Virus record (IMG/VR): IMGVR_UViG_3300028831_000169
Span: 1-45,141 of that record
Reading direction: 5' to 3' (one strand)
Length of the DNA stretch: 45,141 nucleotides
Source of the DNA: a virus
Every line of letters begins with the position of its first letter. Position 1 is the stretch's first letter. Made by a program: the position numbers and the translations under genes. Below the pieces are notes generated by a model, which saw nothing but the letters and a program-made list of their open reading frames with translations, did not search any database and had not been told where the DNA came from. Positions 25,567 through 34,131 of this stretch are shown here, piece after piece.

Positions 25567-28500
25567 GCGCGTTCGATCCTGACGCAGACCCGCCAGTCAC
25601 GACGCTGTTACGCGGGCTAAATTACGGGCCGGTTGTAGGCGAATTTCATAGAGACGCCATGTTTGGGCCGCAAGGAAACAAGTTAGGCCCAAAAGATGTA
25701 GCGGTTTCACCGGATACAGGGTTGCAACTTGGCGACCTTATCAAAGCTAGAGGGAAAGATTATACCGTAGCGGATTGGAGCTATCACGCGCCGGGACGCC
25801 CAACAAGTCGCACAATCGAGTTTAGAGACGCGCCAGCATCGGGCATGATTCCGGTTCAATTCGTGTCACGCGGTAAACAGAAATCCAGAGTGTTTAATCC
25901 AGACGATCCTATTCCCGGTGAAACGAAACAGACCAAGTTCGATCCTAGCGCGCCGATAGAAACCGTCGATAAAAGCGTTGGAGTACGCGCTGCCGCTCCA
26001 CCGACTGCCGATTCCGAGATACGAAGGGCTGAACCGTTACCGCAATCCGAGCAACCGGGCGGCAAATCTCCGGTTCAGGCTACAGAACGTGAAAAAGCTA
26101 CTTTAGAACACCCGGAAGGTTCACCCGGTTACGATGCAGCGATACGCGATTTGCAGTTGCGCGCTCCGAACATGCTTGAAACCGCTGTCACCAGCGCACT
26201 ACCAAATCTTTACAAAAGCCCAACGCCACCGCTTGAGCCAGTCGAACAAGCCAATACGCCATTTGAAAAAGTAGCGCAATTTATCGAGAACCGCGTTGGA
26301 CTCACAGACGACGAAAGCGAAAAGATCGCTCAAGGTTTTGCTCATTACGTGGCGCGACCGGCAGCAGTGTTATCGGGTAAAGACCCTGACGAAGTAGAAA
26401 AAGGTTTGGTACAACCGTTGGCGGTACGGATAAAATCTCTTACGCGCCCGGAAATGTTAGTTGTTTACCCATTCCTATCAAATCCAGTAGGGCAAATGTG
26501 GATTGCGTCGCAGGTTCTAGCTAATTCGCCTGACAGAGTCAAAGAATGGGCGACAGCCAAAACAGACGAACAAAAAACAGGCGTGATACTGGATTTGGGT
26601 ACGGACGCGCTCATGCTCGTTCCGATAACCCACACGATGTTAAAAAAGACAGTCCTAAAAGGGGGTGTAACAGATGCCATCAAGCCAAGTGATGCACAAA
26701 TTCAAGCACGGGAAACTCCACTCAGGGAGCAAACACGGCCCGAAAGTGAAATCCCGAAAACAAGCGATAGCGATAATGTACAGCGAGCGGTACGCGGAGA
26801 GGAAACACGGACGCTACCCAGAGAAGCCGAAGCACCAACGGTAGCGGATGCTACCCGTTCGGCAGTAGATCGACATGGGGAACTTCTCAGTGAAGGTCAA
26901 CAATTAGGCGATCAAGTCCGGTTACTGCAAAAAGCCGGACTTCCTATCCCTGCCGTCTTACAAAACCGGATCAACACGATAAATGAAATGTTGCGGCAGG
27001 GGTATAATCCCGCGATTGTAGAAAACTTAGCAACCAAGGATATTCACGATGAGTTCGCAGAAATCGTCGCAGAAGAACGGGCAACCAACGGGAACGGCAT
27101 CGGGAAAAAACGGGAAACATCATCTCAAGTCCGATCCGCCAGTGTGGCAGAGCCAGCGGGGAAAACGGTTACTCAAGAAGTTGGAGAAACATTACCCCTT
27201 AACCTAATCGGCGGGCAACGTTCCATTAGAGAACCGCGTGCTCGCGCGTTTGGGTTAAACATCATCGAGAAAGAAGCGCGCCAGACTTGGGGCGACGCAT
27301 GGGATCAAGCCGCAGACCGCGAATCAACTGACCCCGGCGTATCTGAACGGTTGGCGATAGATATTTCAGAGCGTCCAAGAGCAGTAAACACCGTAGAGCA
27401 CGCCCAACTGTTACGGAACATGATCGCAGCGGAAGAAACGCACGCTCGCGCTGTTGATATGGTGAATGACGCCGGGGACGACCTATCCAGAGAACGCGCA
27501 CAAGAAACCCTCACTTCCGCCAGAGACAGATTACAGACCGCATACGACGCAATGGCAAAGAGCGGTACGGAACGTGGTCGCAGCTTGAACGCGATGAAAA
27601 TGGTTGCGGACAAGTATCAGAACTTGGCGCGCATGGAAGCGACAAGGCGCGCGGCCAACGGTGGACAGCCATTGTCACCGGGACAACTCGCGGAAGTTAA
27701 AACGTCGCACGATTCTCTTAAATCCATTCGTGAACGCATGGGAGACGTAGAGAGGGGCAGAGGCTTGGATAAGCAGTTTGCGCGGGCTGTGGCGCGTTCT
27801 GTGATGAACATGAACGAAGCTCCGAAGGGCAGTAAAGGGATTATTGAGTTTCTGGACAGTGAAGCGGATAAAGCCCGGCAACGAATCATTGCGCGCCGGG
27901 GAAGATTAAATGTCGGTTTTGATCCTACTGCGCTAACAGATGAAATCATTATCGGTGCGAGTCATGTTGCACGCGGACTACGGGATTTTGGACAGTGGTC
28001 AGCAAAAATGCTCGATGAGTTCGGAGAACGGATTCGCCCGTATCTGAAGGATATTTATGATCGAGCGGTTGCGATGCGATCAGCCGCACTCGAACGCGCG
28101 TCGGACTTGAAAAAGCTGTCAGCATATAAAACCCGGTTACGCGGGCAAACCGAAACCTTGAGAGCGAAGATTGACGAAGGCGATTTGACCCGAATTATTC
28201 GCAGGAAACTTCCGTTGGATAAAGAAGCGTTTGCGTTGCGTCAGGAATATCAGGCAATGAAGAAACGCTTTGACGACATGATCGAGAGAGACCGTGCCAA
28301 AAACCGTCCGGGCTGGCAGAAACTTACAGACACTTTTGTTGCGTTTGAGCGTGCTATTAAATTAACCGGAATCACAACGATTGGAAAAATAGCGGCAGCG
28401 GCAGGAACACGCATCATTCAATCAATCACTGAAAACGCCGTAGGCGCTATTCTATCGAAAGTGCCGGGACTATCTCGTATCGCCGCGCAAGCTCCAAGGG

Positions 28501-29621
28501 AAGGGCGTTTGTCGTTACCGGCAGAGCGCGCGGGTTTACGCGGTGTTGGTACGGGGATACGCGAGATGCCGCGAGTCGCTACCGGCCAAATCTCTACATA
28601 CGAAACTCGGATTCCATCTTCTAAAATTCTCGGAGCACCCGGACGGATACACGGCGTTCTCAAACGTCCGGCTTGGCGAAACGAGTTTGAACGCAGCAAA
28701 GTGATGTTCACCGAAAGCGCGGAGAAGTTAGGGAAAGACGTTAGCGATCCTGAAGTCCAACAACAAATTTACGATTCGTCGAAAGCCAACGCTGACCGGG
28801 CGATCTTCCTTCAAGACAATATCGCTTCTAGTGCGTGGAACTCTCTAATTCGATCATGGGAATCCAGCAAGAAATTCCCGATAGCCGGATTCGTTTTGTC
28901 GCGTATTGCACGATTCCTTTTACCGATTGTCCGCGTCCCTACAAACGTCGCTCTTGAAACTGGTACAATGATTGGCGGAACTCTCACCGGAACCGGGAAG
29001 CTAATTGGAGTCATGGGGAAAGGATTGGAGAACATTAAACCGGAAGAAGCCGACATGATCCTTCGCCACTACAAAAAGGGACTGATAGGCGCAGGACTGT
29101 TTCTCACAGGTTTTCTTAATCCTGACAATTTCGGTGGGTTCTTTGTACCGAAAGAAAAACGCGAAGGCACAATGCATTGGGGTGACGCGACGATCATGGG
29201 GGTTAGAATCCCGTGGTGGTTGCTTCATGCCCCGCCGTTTTTAGTTATGCAGGCCGGGGCTACTACCGCCAAACTGTTACCTCAACGTGGAGCAGTCGGA
29301 GCGTCATTAGCCACGACTCACGCGCTACTGGACGAAATACCTTTCATGCGGGAACTGAACTTTATCGACTCAGCATTGGGCGAAGGTTGGGGTTCGACTC
29401 GCGCTATCGGCCAATTACTTCAAGGCACAGTTGTACCGCAAGCGTTGAACAACGTTTCACAATGGACAGATCAAAAAGACACAAACGGAAATCCGATTCG
29501 GCGTTATCCTCGAACGGCGATTGATTACGTGAAATTGGGGATACCAGGATTACGCGAGCAAGTTCCGACTACTCCGGCGCGTAAAACTCACCGGAAACAG
29601 AACCTTCTCGCTACCCCGTGA
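25563..29621 (+). CDS. Giant internal virion/ejection protein (1352 aa) with a possible N-terminal 3D/DPBB-like muralytic domain
   Basis: GPKDVAVSPDTGLQLGDLIKARGKDYTVADWSY...TIEFRD resembles the 3D-domain pattern. Long helical middle region and hydrophobic segments near the C-terminus. Confidence 0.5.
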   Translation: MSAFDPDADPPVTTLLRGLNYGPVVGEFHRDAMFGPQGNKLGPKDVAVSPDTGLQLGDLIKARGKDYTVADWSYHAPGRPTSRTIEFRDAPASGMIPVQFVSRGKQKSRVFNPDDPIPGETKQTKFDPSAPIETVDKSVGVRAAAPPTADSEIRRAEPLPQSEQPGGKSPVQATEREKATLEHPEGSPGYDAAIRDLQLRAPNMLETAVTSALPNLYKSPTPPLEPVEQANTPFEKVAQFIENRVGLTDDESEKIAQGFAHYVARPAAVLSGKDPDEVEKGLVQPLAVRIKSLTRPEMLVVYPFLSNPVGQMWIASQVLANSPDRVKEWATAKTDEQKTGVILDLGTDALMLVPITHTMLKKTVLKGGVTDAIKPSDAQIQARETPLREQTRPESEIPKTSDSDNVQRAVRGEETRTLPREAEAPTVADATRSAVDRHGELLSEGQQLGDQVRLLQKAGLPIPAVLQNRINTINEMLRQGYNPAIVENLATKDIHDEFAEIVAEERATNGNGIGKKRETSSQVRSASVAEPAGKTVTQEVGETLPLNLIGGQRSIREPRARAFGLNIIEKEARQTWGDAWDQAADRESTDPGVSERLAIDISERPRAVNTVEHAQLLRNMIAAEETHARAVDMVNDAGDDLSRERAQETLTSARDRLQTAYDAMAKSGTERGRSLNAMKMVADKYQNLARMEATRRAANGGQPLSPGQLAEVKTSHDSLKSIRERMGDVERGRGLDKQFARAVARSVMNMNEAPKGSKGIIEFLDSEADKARQRIIARRGRLNVGFDPTALTDEIIIGASHVARGLRDFGQWSAKMLDEFGERIRPYLKDIYDRAVAMRSAALERASDLKKLSAYKTRLRGQTETLRAKIDEGDLTRIIRRKLPLDKEAFALRQEYQAMKKRFDDMIERDRAKNRPGWQKLTDTFVAFERAIKLTGITTIGKIAAAAGTRIIQSITENAVGAILSKVPGLSRIAAQAPREGRLSLPAERAGLRGVGTGIREMPRVATGQISTYETRIPSSKILGAPGRIHGVLKRPAWRNEFERSKVMFTESAEKLGKDVSDPEVQQQIYDSSKANADRAIFLQDNIASSAWNSLIRSWESSKKFPIAGFVLSRIARFLLPIVRVPTNVALETGTMIGGTLTGTGKLIGVMGKGLENIKPEEADMILRHYKKGLIGAGLFLTGFLNPDNFGGFFVPKEKREGTMHWGDATIMGVRIPWWLLHAPPFLVMQAGATTAKLLPQRGAVGASLATTHALLDEIPFMRELNFIDSALGEGWGSTRAIGQLLQGTVVPQALNNVSQWTDQKDTNGNPIRRYPRTAIDYVKLGIPGLREQVPTTPARKTHRKQNLLATP

Positions 29622-29655
29622 AATTCGCACTTCTAAGTATTGATGCATTTTTGTC

Positions 29656-30249
29656 ATGACTGAAAAACGCAGATTACATATCAAGAAATTGGCCATGCTT
29701 CCACGAACAGAACTGTGGAAACGGCATATTAAAGAATCTCTTGGCAGCTTCGAGCGTGATTGTCCAATTTGTGGTACTAGATTTTGGACAGCCAGAAGTA
29801 GAAATCACCGTTTTTGTTCTTGGAAGTGTTCGGCTGCTTCAAGAAAAGGCAAACCATTATCTCAATCTCACAAACTGAAAATTTCATTGGCAAATATTGG
29901 TAGATCATCTGCTTGGCATAAAGAGCATTGGGCTGGCTCTAAAAATCCAAAGTGGAAGCACGGTCTTGCAAGAACCAAAGAATATCACGCTTTTAAGGAA
30001 AAGATGCGTAGAGCCACTGTTAGAACTACTGGCAAATTCACTATATTAGATTGGAATAACCTAAAAGTTCGTTACAACTTTACTTGTCCTGCTTGCAAAC
30101 GACAAGAACCAGAAATTTCTTTAACACCAGACCACGTTGTTCCGATTTCTCGCGGTGGAACAAATCACTTATCCAACATTCAGCCTCTATGCGCTGAGTG
30201 TAATTCACGAAAGGGGAATCGCCATTCGCTTCGCTATAATATCTATTGA
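29656..30249 (+). CDS. HNH homing endonuclease with a NUMOD3-like DNA-binding motif
   Basis: C-terminal PDHVVPISRGGTNHLSNIQPLCAECNSRKGN (HNH). SQSHKLKISLANIG is NUMOD3-like. CxxC zinc knuckles. Visibly more AT-rich than the flanks. Confidence 0.85.
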   Translation: MTEKRRLHIKKLAMLPRTELWKRHIKESLGSFERDCPICGTRFWTARSRNHRFCSWKCSAASRKGKPLSQSHKLKISLANIGRSSAWHKEHWAGSKNPKWKHGLARTKEYHAFKEKMRRATVRTTGKFTILDWNNLKVRYNFTCPACKRQEPEISLTPDHVVPISRGGTNHLSNIQPLCAECNSRKGNRHSLRYNIY

Positions 30250-31597
30250 CGGACACGGTTTTCCGTTAGCCTACCATCTTCAAGAAGAAGGGATGGATGT
30301 TTGGGTAGGGCAAGTGTCGCGCTGGGAAAAGTTGAAGATGCATCATCCCGAAACGGACGATACACGCCATAAACGTCTCGCTCTTTACGATAACCTGTTT
30401 GAACGGAAATGGGATGCAGACAGACTTCTTTCGTTTCTGCTGGGACAACCGCGTAATTCGCGTGCGGACTGGTTTGTGTTTTGCGATTTTAATTATCTCT
30501 GGCCGTATGCGGACAAACTTCGCGCGGCTGGTTATCAAGGTTTGCTTCCCACCAAAACAGATTTCGACCTCGAAAAAGATCGACGGTTAGCGAAAAAACT
30601 GATCGCGCAACGTTACCCCGTTATCACCATCGGTGAGTACAAAGAGTTCAAGAAAATCGCAGACGGTCTAAAGTTCCTGAAAGACAATCAAGACGCACTA
30701 TTCGTTCTAAAAGGGTTTTACGAAGAAGCGTCAACGGTCGTACCGGAGAGCGACGATCCGAAGATTAACCGGATGATATTGGAAGATGCGTTGACCCGCG
30801 AGAAAAAGGAATACGAGCGGGAAGGATTCGTGTTGGAAGAAAAGATTCCTGACCTAATCGAGTTCACCCCTGAAGCAATTTCAGCCTTTGGACAAATCGT
30901 TGGAGTGAACGTTGACATTGAACATAAAATCATTGGTTCAAGACACGGTTATCTCTCAGGCTGCACGCTTGACCTTGTGATGTGGCAGAACGAGAACGAC
31001 GAGCTTTACAAAAAATTCCTCGCACCCCTCGAAGGGCTGATGCTCAGGGAGAACGAGATAAGTGTGTGGGATTTGTCGATTCTGTATTCACCGGAGAATG
31101 GGAAGTTTTATCCGGGCGAATTTTGCTCCAACAGGCCGGGCTACAACGCTCTCTATACGGAAATATCTACGCTACCGAGTGTTACGGATTATATTGAACG
31201 ATTGTTCCACGCGGAACATTTGGAGAAAGAAGATACGCAACCCATTGGCGTGTCGGCACGTATCTTCGATTTGACCGGAGAAGCTAGGCGCGAGCAGTTG
31301 ATGATTGCCGACATTGCTGACCCGAACATCTGGGCGTGGGATATTCAAAAGCAAGACGGCAAACTTCGGACGACCGCACTTGACCGCAATACCATGATCG
31401 TTACCGGAGCGGGCGGAACCGTCGATCAGGCGATCACGGCGCTATACGACAATTTAGAGAACGTGCATTACGACTCTGGATTCAACTTGGAGCGGCGGGA
31501 TTGGTATGATGTTGAGTTTCCTGAGAACATCCTGCACAGGCTAAAAGTCTTAACGGATAAAGGCGTCATACAGCCTCAAAAGAAAAAGCTTGCATAA
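30137..31597 (+). CDS. ATP-grasp enzyme, remote PurD (GAR synthetase)-like; start codon uncertain
   Basis: RFAIISIDGHGFPLAYHLQEEG resembles the PurD N-terminus, and FVLKG...VLEEKI...IEHK...G..GC has ATP-grasp-like order. The track ATG lies 113 nt inside the HNH gene. The conserved part begins near 30219. Confidence 0.5.
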   Translation: MFRFLAVEQITYPTFSLYALSVIHERGIAIRFAIISIDGHGFPLAYHLQEEGMDVWVGQVSRWEKLKMHHPETDDTRHKRLALYDNLFERKWDADRLLSFLLGQPRNSRADWFVFCDFNYLWPYADKLRAAGYQGLLPTKTDFDLEKDRRLAKKLIAQRYPVITIGEYKEFKKIADGLKFLKDNQDALFVLKGFYEEASTVVPESDDPKINRMILEDALTREKKEYEREGFVLEEKIPDLIEFTPEAISAFGQIVGVNVDIEHKIIGSRHGYLSGCTLDLVMWQNENDELYKKFLAPLEGLMLRENEISVWDLSILYSPENGKFYPGEFCSNRPGYNALYTEISTLPSVTDYIERLFHAEHLEKEDTQPIGVSARIFDLTGEARREQLMIADIADPNIWAWDIQKQDGKLRTTALDRNTMIVTGAGGTVDQAITALYDNLENVHYDSGFNLERRDWYDVEFPENILHRLKVLTDKGVIQPQKKKLA

Positions 31598-31628
31598 CTA
31601 ACTAACGTCTGAAACTATACCGCTCAAA

Positions 31629-31907
31629 GTGAGTACTCCGCGACCTATTATTTATGTGGTCGTTACAACTTTGGCGTTACTGTCGGCAATCGGCGTTTGC
31701 TCTTTGGCTGGCACGCTTTTTTACAAAAATTACGCTGATCCGGCTGTGCTCACAGCTTTCATTTCAATTACGAGCGGGTGCATCGGGGCGTTGAGTGCTT
31801 TGCTTGTGAACACTAGGCAACCTGCCGCTGACACGACTACGGTCACAACACCATCTTCGCCGGAACAACCACCAACAATTACTGTTGACCCGAATCAGCA
31901 TCAATAA
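31629..31907 (+). CDS. Two-TM membrane protein (92 aa, GTG start), holin candidate
   Basis: Two hydrophobic helices followed by a polar tail. Confidence 0.5.
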   Translation: MSTPRPIIYVVVTTLALLSAIGVCSLAGTLFYKNYADPAVLTAFISITSGCIGALSALLVNTRQPAADTTTVTTPSSPEQPPTITVDPNQHQ

Positions 31908-31924
31908 ACCAAAAGGAGAAAACC

Positions 31925-32086
31925 ATGTTACTAGCAATCATAATCGCAGTCGTCGGACTCTTAATGTACGCTCTGGCAGGGAACGCCAAAGTCGTTGAAA
32001 TTGGAAGGATAATGTTCTGGACAGGACTATTAGCCTTTCTGCTCGGTGGCGGTGCAAATGCCGCCGTAGGATTTTTTCATCACTAA
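31925..32086 (+). CDS. Two-TM membrane protein (53 aa), not in track
   Basis: Strong RBS (AAAAGGAGAAAACC ATG). MLLAIIIAVVGLLMYALAG...GLLAFLLGGG. Confidence 0.55.
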   Translation: MLLAIIIAVVGLLMYALAGNAKVVEIGRIMFWTGLLAFLLGGGANAAVGFFHH

Positions 32087-32107
32087 CTAAAAAGAAAGGA
32101 AACCAAA

Positions 32108-32302
32108 ATGCCAAACCCAAACATCAATCCAAATCCACAACCACGTCCGCAACCGCCGCCTACCCCGCGTCCGCATGTTGATTGCGCGAAAGTGCAACAT
32201 ACCTGCGAGATTCTGAAAGCAAAAGGCCCGGAGTACGCGCCGATTGCTCAGTTTCTACTCATGGTAACAGGCTGCTCACCGACCGTGCCGCCCGGAAAAT
32301 GA
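32108..32302 (+). CDS. Pro-rich small protein (64 aa)
   Basis: RBS AAAGGAAACC. MPNPNINPNPQPRPQPPPTPRP... Confidence 0.5.
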   Translation: MPNPNINPNPQPRPQPPPTPRPHVDCAKVQHTCEILKAKGPEYAPIAQFLLMVTGCSPTVPPGK

Positions 32303-32724
32303 GAAAACAACTTGCCCGTTTATTCGTTGCGGCATCCATCGTAATCGCGTCACTGGCAGTTGCACCAATCGGTTGCCAACCGCCTCCGGCTCTCTCGCAG
32401 CAAAACACTGACCAAGTAATCTTGCGCGCAGAACAGACGGCACAAACAGCGCGGCTGACGTTTGACACCTTCGTTCATTTGGAGCGGGACAACGAAGCAC
32501 TTTTAAAACAAGTGAATCCCGCGATTCACGATTACGCGAACACGATTCGTAGGCATGGACTGGATTGGGTAGATTCGCTGCGAACGGCAACCAAAACCTT
32601 CAAAGCGAATCGGACACCGGAGAACCAGTCCAACTTGAATACGTGGCTGACAACTTTGACCAACGCAGTTCAGCAAACCAACAAATACATCGCGCAAAGC
32701 AAAAGCGCAGTAGGAAACCCATGA
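32299..32724 (+). CDS. Helical lipoprotein (141 aa)
   Basis: Internal ATG of the track ORF, overlapping the upstream stop (ATGA). MRKQLARLFVAASIVIASLAVAPIGC carries a lipobox. Confidence 0.6.
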   Translation: MRKQLARLFVAASIVIASLAVAPIGCQPPPALSQQNTDQVILRAEQTAQTARLTFDTFVHLERDNEALLKQVNPAIHDYANTIRRHGLDWVDSLRTATKTFKANRTPENQSNLNTWLTTLTNAVQQTNKYIAQSKSAVGNP

Positions 32725-32924
32725 GTTCAATAATTCCAATCATCCTAAAATATCTTCCTTATCTTGTACAAGCTGCCGCTGAAATCCCGCAGATCACAAC
32801 GTTCCTTGCCGAACTGCAAGCGATCTTCAAACGCGACAAAGTTTGGACAGACCAGCAAGAAGCTGAGTTTGACGCGCAGACAGAAGCGATGCGTTCAGAC
32901 CCAGCTTGGCAAGTCATTGATTAG
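32721..32924 (+). CDS. Small protein (67 aa)
   Basis: ATGA overlap with the upstream stop. Confidence 0.5.
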   Translation: MSSIIPIILKYLPYLVQAAAEIPQITTFLAELQAIFKRDKVWTDQQEAEFDAQTEAMRSDPAWQVID

Positions 32925-32926
32925 GC

Positions 32927-33031
32927 GTGAGCATCGGACTTAAGATCACGTTTCACGCCATAGGTTTTCTGGCAGGCGTGTTTGCGGGATGGTTGACAGG
33001 ATTTTACCTTGCTCTGTTGCGGATTGGATGA
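32927..33031 (+). CDS. Single-TM peptide (34 aa, GTG start), not in track
   Basis: Hydrophobic (FLAGVFAGWLTGFYLALL). Its stop overlaps the next ATG. Confidence 0.35.
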   Translation: MSIGLKITFHAIGFLAGVFAGWLTGFYLALLRIG

Positions 33032-33195
33032 ACGAATATCTTCTCATAGCTGTACTGATCGGGCAGTTAATTACGATTGCGGTTTTGCTTTATCTGGTTA
33101 ATCATTTGTCGCCCGATTACTCAAAAGAGGATCGTGAAGTAAAAGAAGCCACAGACGAAATTAACGAAGCGCGAAACCATTTACCCCAGGACTAA
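33028..33195 (+). CDS. Single-TM protein (55 aa)
   Basis: MNEYLLIAVLIGQLITIAVLLYLV followed by a charged tail. ATGA coupling. Confidence 0.5.
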   Translation: MNEYLLIAVLIGQLITIAVLLYLVNHLSPDYSKEDREVKEATDEINEARNHLPQD

Positions 33196-33219
33196 ATCAA
33201 CCAAAAGGAAAAAACCACC

Positions 33220-33417
33220 ATGCCAGTAGATAAATCCCAATTCGACCAAGACCTACAAGCCATGCTCACGGCGCAGACCAATTACATCGCAGCGGTAAAC
33301 GCTTTCTTGCAGTTGCCGCCCGTGATTGATCTGACCTCGGAAGATAATTCAGTGAAATCCGCCGCTCAAGCCATTGCCGACGCGCAAGCACAACTTCCGC
33401 CACCGCCGCAGCCTTGA
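33220..33417 (+). CDS. Small soluble protein (65 aa)
   Basis: Strong RBS (AAAAGGAAAAAACCACC ATG). Confidence 0.55.
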   Translation: MPVDKSQFDQDLQAMLTAQTNYIAAVNAFLQLPPVIDLTSEDNSVKSAAQAIADAQAQLPPPPQP

Positions 33418-33593
33418 TTTGGCGCATCATATTTACAGTCGTCGTTGCGGCTGTTGGGCTATTCTCGGCGGGGATTGCGTTTCTGGCTGGGGCTAATACC
33501 CCGACCGGAGATAATCCCCAAGCTGTCAGGTTCTTTTTTGGGAGCTTGATCGTGACGGCGCTCGTCATCGCTGTGATATGGCTGATACGTTGA
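33414..33593 (+). CDS. Two-TM protein (59 aa, TTG start), not in track
   Basis: Codon-by-codon reading gives IWRIIFTVVVAAVGLFSAGIAFLAG...SLIVTALVIAVIWLIR. The start overlaps the upstream TGA. Confidence 0.4.
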   Translation: MIWRIIFTVVVAAVGLFSAGIAFLAGANTPTGDNPQAVRFFFGSLIVTALVIAVIWLIR

Positions 33594-33760
33594 GAAAATG
33601 GCGCACGGTAAATTCCCTGTCGATCTACCCGGATAGACCGACGATCTACCGGGACATCATGGAAGGGAAAGCCCTTATCGCGCAACGCATCGAGTTTCCG
33701 CAGGCCGATTACATTGTGAAAGTGCATAATGAAAGCCTCAAGCTGGGCAAAAATCGTTGA
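33578..33760 (+). CDS. Small protein (60 aa)
   Basis: Track ORF, co-oriented. I prefer it over the antisense 181-aa ORF. Confidence 0.45.
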   Translation: MADTLRKWRTVNSLSIYPDRPTIYRDIMEGKALIAQRIEFPQADYIVKVHNESLKLGKNR

Positions 33761-33866
33761 TGCGTTCCCTTTAGCGTACGTAATCTCGTGGCCGGTGATC
33801 GTTATCCTCATAGCCGTTATTCACGGGATAGCGTGTAAGTACGGATGGGGATGGGATTGCCAATAG
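33729..33866 (+). CDS. Single-TM peptide (45 aa), not in track
   Basis: MKASSWAKIVDAFPLAYVISWPVIVILIAVIHGIACKYGWGWDCQ. Confidence 0.35.
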   Translation: MKASSWAKIVDAFPLAYVISWPVIVILIAVIHGIACKYGWGWDCQ

Positions 33867-33878
33867 ATTTTGGGGTGA

Positions 33879-33923
33879 GAAACCCCACTTGCAATAGAGC
33901 TTGGTAAATCACGAGACAGGCTA
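33879..33923 (+). promoter_or_regulatory. Recurrent motif copy A (GAAACCCCACTTGCAATAGAGC...ACGAGACAGGCTA)
   Basis: About 70% identical to copies C and D on the other strand. Preceded by the hairpin TGGGGT-gagaa-ACCCCA, which is flanked by two CAATAGA boxes. Confidence 0.45.
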
Positions 33924-33945
33924 ATCTTTTCCTGAAAATAATTGT

Positions 33946-33972
33946 TTGACAGCGCAAGCTGGTTGCGCTAAT
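33946..33972 (+). promoter_or_regulatory. Sigma70-like promoter candidate TTGACA-N15-GCTAAT with an embedded inverted repeat AGCGCAA-gctgg-TTGCGCT
   Basis: Perfect -35 and a 4/6 -10. The predicted start falls 2-4 nt before RNA module 1. Confidence 0.35.
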
Positions 33973-33982
33973 CGTCCTTCAT

Positions 33983-34058
33983 GCGAGTGGTGAAGGAATC
34001 AGATACTTCATATGGAATGAATGCCGAAAGGCGTTTCTGAGTCCGCTTGTTCCCTCGC
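33983..34058 (+). ncRNA. Structured RNA module 1 (76 nt), Y-RNA-like candidate
   Basis: Closing stem GCGAG/CUCGC, bulged U, GG/CC, and an internal loop UGAA vs GCUUGUU. Then a 9-bp helix GGAAUCAGA/UCUGAGUCC with one mismatch at position 4. Apical hairpins UUCAU-AUGGA-AUGAA and GCC-GAAA-GGC. Confidence 0.55.
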
Positions 34059-34066
34059 TAAAACTT

Positions 34067-34131
34067 TGCCGTGGTGAAGGGCGCAGCTACTTCTTGCTAA
34101 GAAACCATGCTGCATCCGTTTGTTCCCGGCA
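34067..34131 (+). ncRNA. Structured RNA module 2 (65 nt), paralogue of module 1
   Basis: Closing stem UGCCG/CGGCA, bulged U, GG/CC, and an internal loop UGAA vs GUUUGUU. Then a 9-bp helix GGGCGCAGC/GCUGCAUCC with a mismatch at the same position 4. Apical hairpin UUCUU-GCU-AAGAA. Confidence 0.55.

Noticed and set aside
33266-33811. 181-aa minus-strand ORF
   Set aside because: It is antisense to a chain of coupled rightward small genes. Its composition is Arg/Ala-rich and typical of antisense frames, it has no RBS, and its orientation breaks the arm.
33983-34058. Module 1 (76 nt, closed by a terminal stem) as a tRNA
   Set aside because: It has no 7-bp acceptor stem, no GTTC-type T-loop with a complementary T-stem and no D-arm or anticodon-arm geometry. 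The best fold is a long bulged hairpin with two apical hairpins.
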